Assembly: GCA_934590165.1 (NCBI GenBank)
Contig: CAKTOO010000005.1
Coordinates: forward strand, 82,431 to 106,430
DNA length: 24,000 bases
From: an uncultured Dysosmobacter sp.
Lineage (GTDB): Bacteria; Bacillota; Clostridia; Oscillospirales; Oscillospiraceae
Direction: 5' to 3'
Shown: in pieces, positions 8,333 through 14,476 of the stretch
Layout of the letters: each line of letters begins with the position of its first letter
Position numbering within the stretch: position 1 is the first letter of the stretch
The notes under the pieces: model-generated
What the model was told of the DNA's origin: nothing
Database searches by the model: none
Seen by the model: only the letters and a program-made list of their open reading frames with translations
Position numbers and translations under genes: made by a program

Positions 8333-8737
8333 ATGAAAACTATCAGAATCAAAGACTACTATGGTATTTATCAGGAAATTCCTGTCAGCGATGAGCTGTA
8401 TGAAGAATGGCGCGCTCTTCAGAATGAAACGCAGCGCGTCCATCGCAAAGAAGTATATCACCGTGATTGGACACCAATCGAGGATCTTTTCGAAATGCCG
8501 AAGTCTTATGAGCAGAACCCGATGGAAGATACGTTGCTGTGGGATGAGCAGGTCGCTGCGCTGTATGCAGCGATCGCACAACTTACCCCGATCCAGCAGC
8601 GCAGGATCCACATGCTGATGGAGAATATGACGATCCGTGAGATTGCCCGTCAGGAAGGGTGCCATATGAACGCAGCTCTGAAATCTGTCAACGGTGCGCT
8701 CAAAAAGCTCCACGATCTTCTGAAAGACTGGGCATAA
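8333..8737 (+). CDS. Small sigma-70 family protein (region 4 HTH), mobile-element type
   Basis: ORF 8162..8737 trimmed to the ATG at 8333, after a GGAGG RBS. LTPIQQRRIHMLMENMTIREIARQEGCHMNAALKSVNGALKKL is a sigma-70 region 4.2-like HTH. Confidence 0.65.
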   Translation: MKTIRIKDYYGIYQEIPVSDELYEEWRALQNETQRVHRKEVYHRDWTPIEDLFEMPKSYEQNPMEDTLLWDEQVAALYAAIAQLTPIQQRRIHMLMENMTIREIARQEGCHMNAALKSVNGALKKLHDLLKDWA

Positions 8738-8862
8738 ATGCCTAAAGGGAAAACATTTAGTGTAGTTGTTGTTCTATGAGAACACTATGCGTAATTACTT
8801 TTAGATGCTTCGAGTGCGACATCACACGCACTTTGTTAAACGAAATGAGGAGGTTCCAATCC

Positions 8863-9789
8863 ATGATTATCTCTGTCGATCACGGCAATAAATCGATCAA
8901 GACCCCGAACGCGCTTTTCACCTCCGGCCTGATTTCGTCCGAAGGGCTGCAAGGATTCAAAACGGACTATATCGGCTGGAACGGGCGCTACTATACGCTG
9001 ACAGAACAGCGCATTTCTTATCTGCGCGACAAAACCGAAGACGAGCGGTTCTATGTCCTGACTCTCTTCGCTATCGCCAAGGAACTGGAACGGCGCAAGG
9101 CAGCTGAAACGCTGGATCCGATTGACATCACGCTCCTGATTGGATTGCCCCCAGCGCACTATGAACAGCTCCACAGTCGCTTTGAGCAGTACTTTCTGCG
9201 GCGCCGTGAGGCCATTGACTTCGAGTACAATGGAAAATACTACTCGATTCGCATCAGCAAGGTTCTCAGCTACCCTCAGGCATTTGCGGCTGCTGTAACA
9301 CAGTACAGTACGCTCAAGACCTATTCTGTTGCCTACATCATCGACATCGGCGGCTTTACCATTGACGTGCTCAAGCTGCGGAACGGACGTCCTGACCTGG
9401 CGGTGGTCGAAAGTTTTGAAAAGGGGGTCATCACCCTCTACAACAGCATTACAAGCAAATGCAATGCGCTCTATGCCCGGATCTTGGAGGACTGCGATAT
9501 TGATGAGGTCATTCGCAATCAGCCTACTGTCCTTCCTGGTGAAGTGCAACAGCTGATTCGCAGCATGACAGGAGAGTTTCTTTCGGAGTTCTATAACTTC
9601 CTTCGTGAGCGCGGCATCGATGTAACGACCAGCAAATGCGTGTTTGCCGGTGGTGGCTCTCTTCTCCTTCGAGGAATGATCGAGAGGGCAAATAAAGTAG
9701 CATTCCCCATTTTCATCGAAGATATTCATGCCAATGCACGCGGCTATGAACTCCTCTATCAGAGTGAGGTAGCGTCGAATGGGCAGTAA
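8863..9789 (+). CDS. parM: ParM/StbA-family actin-like segregation ATPase
   Basis: ORF 8776..9789 trimmed to the ATG at 8863 (GAGGAGG RBS). Actin-fold motifs are MIISVDHGNKSIK (phosphate 1), YIIDIGGFTIDV (phosphate 2) and VFAGGGSLLL (adenosine). Confidence 0.8.
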   Translation: MIISVDHGNKSIKTPNALFTSGLISSEGLQGFKTDYIGWNGRYYTLTEQRISYLRDKTEDERFYVLTLFAIAKELERRKAAETLDPIDITLLIGLPPAHYEQLHSRFEQYFLRRREAIDFEYNGKYYSIRISKVLSYPQAFAAAVTQYSTLKTYSVAYIIDIGGFTIDVLKLRNGRPDLAVVESFEKGVITLYNSITSKCNALYARILEDCDIDEVIRNQPTVLPGEVQQLIRSMTGEFLSEFYNFLRERGIDVTTSKCVFAGGGSLLLRGMIERANKVAFPIFIEDIHANARGYELLYQSEVASNGQ

Positions 9790-10117
9790 TAGTAAGTCTC
9801 GTGTTGTGCTCCAGTTCAATGAAATGGACTTTCGACACCGGCGCGCACTCGATATTTTACGGCAACGACCACGCAGCATGTCCGAATTGGTCGTCAATGC
9901 GATCCTGCACTACACAAGCTGCCCAGAAGCGGCCAACGAGTTTGGCCGCGACTGGGTGGTGAGCATCGTCAAGGATGTCGTTCGCGAGATGGTCACAAAT
10001 GGAGAACTCCAAGCTGTATCACAACCCACGTCCCCAAAGCCGGAGAGTCCAACGCTGGCGGCTGATGATCTTGCGGATCTCGGTGGTGTCATGGGGATGT
10101 TCCGGTCGAAGGAGTAA
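9779..10117 (+). CDS. Putative ParR-like ribbon-helix-helix adaptor
   Basis: The start overlaps the parM stop (ATGGGCAGTAA). The N-terminus SRVVLQFNEMDFRHRRALDILRQRPRSMSELVVNAILHY has a beta-strand/helix/helix RHH pattern. The C-terminal tail is acidic and disordered-looking. The position matches parMR operons. Confidence 0.45.
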   Translation: MGSNSKSRVVLQFNEMDFRHRRALDILRQRPRSMSELVVNAILHYTSCPEAANEFGRDWVVSIVKDVVREMVTNGELQAVSQPTSPKPESPTLAADDLADLGGVMGMFRSKE

Positions 10118-10121
10118 GGCC

Positions 10122-10736
10122 ATGAGCAATAAGAAATTTGGATATGCTCGTGTATCCACAGCTGAGCAAAATGAGGATCGTCAGGTTCTTGAATTGCTCG
10201 AGTACGGCATTGAAGAGCGTGATATCTATGTGGACAAGCAGAGCGGCCGTAGTTTTGAGCGAACAAACTACATGTCACTACGAAATAGCATTTTGCGTAA
10301 TGGCGATATCCTGGTCGTTAAAAGCATTGATCGTTTTGGCCGTAATTACTCTGGAATTCGCACCGAGTGGGAATATCTTACCAAAACGCTTGGTGTGGAC
10401 ATCGTCGTTCTGGACACTCCCATTCTGGATACGACCCGATACAAAGATCTACTCGGTAGTGTAATCACGGATATTGTCCTCGCCGTACTATCTTTCGGCG
10501 CTCAGCTGGAAGTTGATACCAAGTCGAAGGCACAGGCGGAAGGGATTGCCGCCGCGCATCTAAAGGGTGTCAAATTTGGGCGGCCAAAGTGCTCTGTAAA
10601 GGACTGGGATATCTATTATCCCAAGTGGAAGCAAGGAGAAATCACAGCTGTCGAGTGCTATAGGCAGTTGGGCGTCAGCGCATCGACATTTTATCGGTTG
10701 GTGCATAAGTTTGAGTCGGAGGGAAAAGTACGATGA
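10122..10736 (+). CDS. Small serine recombinase (resolvase/invertase family)
   Basis: ORF 9975..10736 trimmed to the ATG at 10122. FGYARVSTAEQNEDRQ carries the catalytic Ser. VVKSIDRFGRN is present, and the C-terminal HTH is LGVSASTFYRLVHKF. Confidence 0.9.
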   Translation: MSNKKFGYARVSTAEQNEDRQVLELLEYGIEERDIYVDKQSGRSFERTNYMSLRNSILRNGDILVVKSIDRFGRNYSGIRTEWEYLTKTLGVDIVVLDTPILDTTRYKDLLGSVITDIVLAVLSFGAQLEVDTKSKAQAEGIAAAHLKGVKFGRPKCSVKDWDIYYPKWKQGEITAVECYRQLGVSASTFYRLVHKFESEGKVR

Positions 10737-11140
10737 AGCGCTGTATTATATATGCAAGAATTGGTGGACCAGCTTCGGAGGTAAATAACAGCCTTATGCA
10801 AGCACAGCTGGCCGGACTCCGTGCAGCCGCAGAAGGCCTCGGCTTAGAGGTCGTGGCAGAGCTTCCAGTTTTTGAGCATGGTAATGATGGGAACCGGCAA
10901 AGCATCAAGACGTTGGCTCGGGATAGGCGGCATGGCCTTTACGAATGTGTGCTGGTAAAGAATTTGTCACGCTTGGCCCGTGGAGAGGCCATTCTCGAAG
11001 TTGGCCGCAAATTCGCAAGTGCCGGGCTTTCGGTCTACACACCTTCCGGTCGTGCTGAACTGATTCCGCCCGTTTATGCCTTCTACTCCAGATATCACAC
11101 GGAAGGAGGTCCTGCATTTGGCTCGCGAAACCAAAAATGA
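10733..11140 (+). CDS. Degenerate resolvase N-terminal-domain paralog (catalytic Ser absent)
   Basis: ATGA start/stop overlap with the resolvase gene. CIIYARIGGPASE occupies the position of YARVSTxxQ, with Ser replaced by Gly. VLVKNLSRLARG occupies the position of vlvxxlDRlaRn. No DNA-binding domain is present. Confidence 0.5.
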   Translation: MKRCIIYARIGGPASEVNNSLMQAQLAGLRAAAEGLGLEVVAELPVFEHGNDGNRQSIKTLARDRRHGLYECVLVKNLSRLARGEAILEVGRKFASAGLSVYTPSGRAELIPPVYAFYSRYHTEGGPAFGSRNQK

Positions 11141-11309
11141 GGATCGAAAGCAAAGGATTCGTGACGCTTTCCAAGAGGGTCAAGCAGTAGAACGGATGCC
11201 AGCTCGCTATGTTGTAATATCAGAGGATATTACAGGCGATAGAGTTTTGGCAAAATTCCAACTCATTCAGTTCAAGGAGGATATTGATGTGTCAAGAACC
11301 CACACTTAA
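11076..11309 (+). CDS. Questionable ORF (possible frameshifted or truncated remnant abutting the IscB element)
   Basis: 77-aa ORF overlapping the previous CDS by 65 nt in another frame. It has no RBS and no motif. It ends exactly where the hairpin-rich noncoding region begins. Confidence 0.2.
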   Translation: MPSTPDITRKEVLHLARETKNEDRKQRIRDAFQEGQAVERMPARYVVISEDITGDRVLAKFQLIQFKEDIDVSRTHT

Positions 11310-11610
11310 ACGCAAAAGCGTTTTGAAGTGGTGCTTGTGGGAAAACTACAAGCCTGATTGACTACCCTAAGTGTTTCGAACACTACGTTACTTGAGAATG
11401 TATAGGCACCTGCGGGCGTTCGTCCGAACCCGCCGCTCTGCGGCATACGATTAAAAGCTCTGGGGGTAAGGAGCGGTGTCGTATGTAAGAAAACCTCAGG
11501 ATAACATTGGGTACGGACACCTGACCTGCGTGATTGGCTCTACCGGTCATACAGGCGCGGCTTCTATATTAGCCGCATCAAGATTATCGGAAAGAGGGCA
11601 TTGACATGCC
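11310..11610 (+). ncRNA. Candidate omegaRNA (IscB guide-RNA scaffold); 5' end and guide position not resolved
   Basis: No ORF of 60 aa or more in any frame across 11310-11563. Stems are dense: GCTTGTGG/CTACAAGC (11333-11353), AGTGTT/AACACT (11370-11384), GCGGG/CCCGC (11412-11433) and CATACGA/TCGTATG (11444-11485) enclosing GCTC/GAGC. Further stems are TGACC/GGTCA (11522-11549), GCGGCT/AGCCGC (11557-11576) and GGCAT/ATGCC spanning the iscB ATG (11597-11610). The location is where IscB omegaRNAs are encoded. Confidence 0.6.
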
Positions 11611-12901
11611 TGATAAGGTCTATGTTATCAGCCGGCTCGGACATCCGTTGATGCCCTGCTCTCCGGCAAAAGCCCGTCATCTTCTGGATGACAAGAAAGC
11701 AAAGGTTGTCAAACGGACGCCTTTCACTATCAGGCTCCTCTATGGGAGCACTAAGTATATTCAGCCGGTCATTCTCGGCGTGGATGCAGGAAGCAAGACC
11801 ATTGGTCTGTCGGCAAGTACGGTGAAGGAGGAATTGTTTGCTGCTGAGGTAATGCCACGGAATGACGTGGTGGAAAACCTCTCCACGCGAAGAGCGTTCC
11901 GCCGAGCACGCCGGAACCGTACCACACGGTATCGGGAACCTCGTTCTGATAATCGTGTGCGTAGCAATCACGAATGTTGGCTTGCACCTTCTGTGAAAGT
12001 TAAAATTCAGGAGCATATTACTTCTATCAAGAGGGTATGTACTATCCTGCCTGTCAGCAAAGTGGTCATTGAGACTGCAGAATTCGACCTTCAGCTCCTC
12101 AAAGCTATTCAGGACGGAAAGCCTATCCCAGAGGGCGAGGACTATCAGAAGGGCGAAATGTACGGTTCTTATAATGTTCGTCAGTACGTCCTCTGGAGAG
12201 ATAACTACACCTGCACCTGCTGCGGAGTCAAGGGCACGGACAAGAAGCCAGTCAAACTGCATGTCCACCATTTTGAGAGCCGCAAACACGGTGGGAATGC
12301 TCCGGACAACTACGGCACGCTCTGCGAGGATTGCCACAAGAAGTTTCACCTCGGCATCATTATCGATGAGATGCTCAAGACGCGCAAGCGCCGCTCCACG
12401 AGAGACGCCGCCTTTATGGGCATTATGCGCAAGACACTGATGCAGAGACTCAGAGCAGAGCTCTCCATCCCTGTCGCAGAGACGAAGGGCTACATCACAA
12501 AAGCAACCCGCGAGAAGCTGCTGGTACTTCCGAAGAGCCACACTAGCGATGCTCTGGCAATTGCACAGGGTAGACACGGCTTTAGTATTAAGGCGCACAC
12601 CTATGTAGAACCGGCAAACCACATCTACACGGTCCGCCCGGTACGGCATCATAACCGCCAGCTCCACAAAGCCTCTATCCTGAAGAGCGGTATCCGAAAG
12701 CGCAATCAGGCATCTAAATATGTCTTTGGTTTCCGACTCTACGATAAGGTTCTCTATCAGGGAAAAGAGTGTTTCGTGTGGGGGCGGAGAACAAGCGGAA
12801 GCTTTCTTCTTCGAACAATTGACGGTATAAAGGTCAAAGACGGTGTAAGTTGCAGAAACCTCACTCTACTTGAACGAAGCAGCAATTACCTTATTGCGTA
12901 A
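11606..12901 (+). CDS. iscB: IscB RNA-guided nuclease (OMEGA effector; split RuvC with inserted HNH, PLMP N-terminal domain)
   Basis: 431 aa with AGAGGG RBS. PLMP motif in GHPLMPC (aa 12-18). RuvC-I is ILGVDAGSKTIG (D60). The Arg-rich bridge helix is RRAFRRARRNRTTRYR (aa 95-110). RuvC-II is VVIETAEFD (E156). HNH is CTCCG...HVHHF...N...CEDCHKKFH (aa 203-248). RuvC-III is KSHTSDALAIA (H312, D315). The C-terminal segment is GFRLYDKVLYQGKECFVWGRRTSGSFLL. Confidence 0.85.
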   Translation: MPDKVYVISRLGHPLMPCSPAKARHLLDDKKAKVVKRTPFTIRLLYGSTKYIQPVILGVDAGSKTIGLSASTVKEELFAAEVMPRNDVVENLSTRRAFRRARRNRTTRYREPRSDNRVRSNHECWLAPSVKVKIQEHITSIKRVCTILPVSKVVIETAEFDLQLLKAIQDGKPIPEGEDYQKGEMYGSYNVRQYVLWRDNYTCTCCGVKGTDKKPVKLHVHHFESRKHGGNAPDNYGTLCEDCHKKFHLGIIIDEMLKTRKRRSTRDAAFMGIMRKTLMQRLRAELSIPVAETKGYITKATREKLLVLPKSHTSDALAIAQGRHGFSIKAHTYVEPANHIYTVRPVRHHNRQLHKASILKSGIRKRNQASKYVFGFRLYDKVLYQGKECFVWGRRTSGSFLLRTIDGIKVKDGVSCRNLTLLERSSNYLIA

Positions 12902-12985
12902 ACAATAGAGAAGAGGAAAACTATCGATTCCTCTCCCTACCCATAGAGGTGTGGGATTCTTATCTAAAATCCAGACAAATAAAAA

Positions 12986-13018
12986 ATGGCCTTCGGTATG
13001 TGTTGTACCGGAGGTCAT
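12986..13018 (+). terminator. Hairpin downstream of iscB (terminator and/or right-end structure)
   Basis: 13-nt arms ATGGCCTTCGGTA (12986-12998) / TACCGGAGGTCAT (13006-13018). The two G.U wobbles pair only in the plus-strand RNA. Followed by TCGTTT, a weak U-tract. Confidence 0.5.
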
Positions 13019-13124
13019 TCGTTTACGTACCATTTCAGTACGACAAATACCATAATGCTCATTTCTGATTTTCTGCCATCCCTCTATACTGTGAGAAAGT
13101 ACAGGATAGGTAGGAGAAGATCAA

Positions 13125-13457
13125 ATGAGTACGAGATTGCAAATCATGGGCAGCCGGATTCGGACTGCAAGGCAGTTCCGCCGCCTCACTGGTGAACAGC
13201 TCGCTGAGAAGATCGGTATTGCTGTAGACTCGCTTCGACACATAGAAAATGGAGTCCGATCACCAAGTTTCCAGCTCATTGAGCGCATCTCGGATATTCT
13301 AGACGTTTCACTCGACTACTTAGCTGGGAAGACGGATTCTCCTCTGGAGCATAGAGTTCGCAAGGAACTTGAAAACTCTGGACTAACGAAGGAGCAAGAA
13401 GATGCCATTGTTGAGTTGGCATTAAACTCGATCCCGATCATCAAAAAACACATTTGA
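13125..13457 (+). CDS. XRE-family HTH transcriptional regulator
   Basis: GGAG RBS. HTH is IRTARQFRRLTGEQLAEKIGIAVDSLRHIENGVRSPS. Confidence 0.85.
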   Translation: MSTRLQIMGSRIRTARQFRRLTGEQLAEKIGIAVDSLRHIENGVRSPSFQLIERISDILDVSLDYLAGKTDSPLEHRVRKELENSGLTKEQEDAIVELALNSIPIIKKHI

Positions 13458-13461
13458 GCAA

Positions 13462-13497
13462 TGCACCTGTCGATCTGGCAGGTGCAATTTTATTTTT
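13462..13497 (+). terminator. Rho-independent terminator
   Basis: Stem TGCACCTG (13462-13469) / CAGGTGCA (13479-13486), followed by ATTTTATTTTT. Confidence 0.75.
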
Positions 13498-13552
13498 CAT
13501 TCTTCCTTAATCCGACTGTTTTCGCGCTTTCTCTCATGTAATATGTACTTAC

Positions 13553-13570
13553 TTGATACGATTGTATCAA
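13553..13570. promoter_or_regulatory. Inverted repeat, putative operator
   Basis: TTGATAC-GATT-GTATCAA is a perfect 7-bp inverted repeat. It lies between a TAATAT hexamer (13539-13544) and the GGAGGG RBS of the 13593 gene, just downstream of an XRE regulator gene. Confidence 0.4.
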
Positions 13571-13592
13571 ATCTGTACGGAGGGATGAAGAC

Positions 13593-14243
13593 ATGACAGT
13601 ACAAAACGCATTAGAGGAAATGAAAGAACGCGCATTTGCCCCTGCTTTTCAAAAGTATTTGTTCGATACATACAAGGTACTGGCGCAAACAGATTTTTCC
13701 GAAGAGGAAAAGGACTACACAGCGGCTGAAGACTATTTTACCACCACATTGGAGCAGTCCGAGAACGAGATCCTAAGCCAGATCAAAACCAATTACGAGG
13801 CAAAACTGCGGTATGCATCCCGGTATGCTTTCAACGCAGGCCTGTATTCTGGGTTCGTCCAGCACTTTTCCAATCAAGATCTTGTTGTCGATGGATTTGA
13901 AAAGCATCTCATGCAAGATCTCTTTGAGATGCCTGGTATGCAGCGCCATACTCTGTTTTTGCAGATGCATGACGAAAACCAGAAGCTTATCGAGCAGCTC
14001 GAGATTGATGGTGATGAAGAGCGACGAGAGCATTTGACCTCGATTGAGTGTGCGTGGGAGCAACGCGTTCATTGGGCGGCCTGCCACAGCTTCTACTGCG
14101 GTTATCGCGCTGCGGTCAAAGTTCTTACTGCTGTTGAGGGCGTGAGCACCTTTGACATGATTCCACACACCTTGCTGTTGGAATATCACTTGGGATATAC
14201 GAAGTCCTATGACCAAACGGAACAGCAGCATATTGATAGATAG
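13593..14243 (+). CDS. Hypothetical protein
   Basis: 216-aa ORF with GGAGGG RBS. No recognised motif. Confidence 0.65.
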   Translation: MTVQNALEEMKERAFAPAFQKYLFDTYKVLAQTDFSEEEKDYTAAEDYFTTTLEQSENEILSQIKTNYEAKLRYASRYAFNAGLYSGFVQHFSNQDLVVDGFEKHLMQDLFEMPGMQRHTLFLQMHDENQKLIEQLEIDGDEERREHLTSIECAWEQRVHWAACHSFYCGYRAAVKVLTAVEGVSTFDMIPHTLLLEYHLGYTKSYDQTEQQHIDR

Positions 14244-14318
14244 CGGAGTTGAACGGCAGTAGCACAATACAAAGGGGCAATTCAATAGATTCTCAATGAC
14301 TTCACATGAATGACATGA

Positions 14319-14370
14319 AAAGACACGCCAATCTGCGGGAATGATTTATCCCATAGATTGGTGTGTCTTT
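14319..14370 (+). terminator. Long hairpin downstream of the 13593 gene (probable terminator)
   Basis: 16-bp outer stem AAGACACGCCAATCT / AGATTGGTGTGTCTT with one G.U wobble, plus an inner GGGA/TCCC stem. Flanked by an A-run on the 5' side and TTT on the 3' side. Confidence 0.5.
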
Positions 14371-14397
14371 CGCTTCGACTATAATACTAAAGGCTGC

Positions 14398-14423
14398 GAG
14401 GTGTCCGTTCTTTCGGACACCTC
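14398..14423 (+). promoter_or_regulatory. Leader hairpin whose 5' arm duplicates the downstream Shine-Dalgarno region (possible attenuator or SD-sequestration switch)
   Basis: Perfect 10-bp stem GAGGTGTCCG (14398-14407) / CGGACACCTC (14414-14423), followed by TTCTTGT. The real RBS GGAGGTGTCG at 14464-14473 repeats GAGGTGTC. A TATAAT hexamer lies at 14380-14385 just upstream. Confidence 0.4.
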
Positions 14424-14476
14424 TTCTTGTATGCTTGCGGTAGAGTTCGAAGAAAGAACTACCGGAGGTGTCGAAG

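Larger units (their letters stand above)
11308..13018 (+). mobile_element. Putative IS200/IS605-superfamily, IscB-only (TnpA-less) element; ends approximate
   Basis: An IscB gene with an upstream structured noncoding region. Subterminal hairpins lie on the left (11308-11323, 11333-11353, 11370-11384) and on the right (12912-12934, 12986-13018). No Y1 transposase is present in the window. Confidence 0.45.

Noticed and set aside
8114-8713. 199-aa minus-strand ORF, and the long 8162..8737 version of the plus-strand ORF
   Set aside because: The minus-strand ORF is antisense to the sigma-like gene and spans two plus-strand terminators. The 5' extension of the plus-strand ORF also runs through those terminators, so the gene was trimmed to the ATG at 8333, which has a GGAGG RBS.
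8738-8862. parC-like centromere iterons upstream of parM
   Set aside because: Only short isolated inverted repeats were seen (GTTCT-ATG-AGAAC and GTGCG-N8-CGCAC), with no set of repeated direct iterons. That is not enough to call a centromere.
8836-9897. 353-aa ORF on the minus strand
   Set aside because: It is antisense to parM, whose plus-strand frame carries the actin-fold ATPase motifs. No motifs or RBS were found for the minus-strand frame.
11564-12667. 367-aa ORF on the minus strand
   Set aside because: It lies entirely antisense to the iscB ORF, has no RBS or motifs, and has a low-complexity Arg/Ala/Leu-rich composition typical of a shadow frame. The plus-strand frame carries the full set of RuvC, HNH and PLMP motifs.
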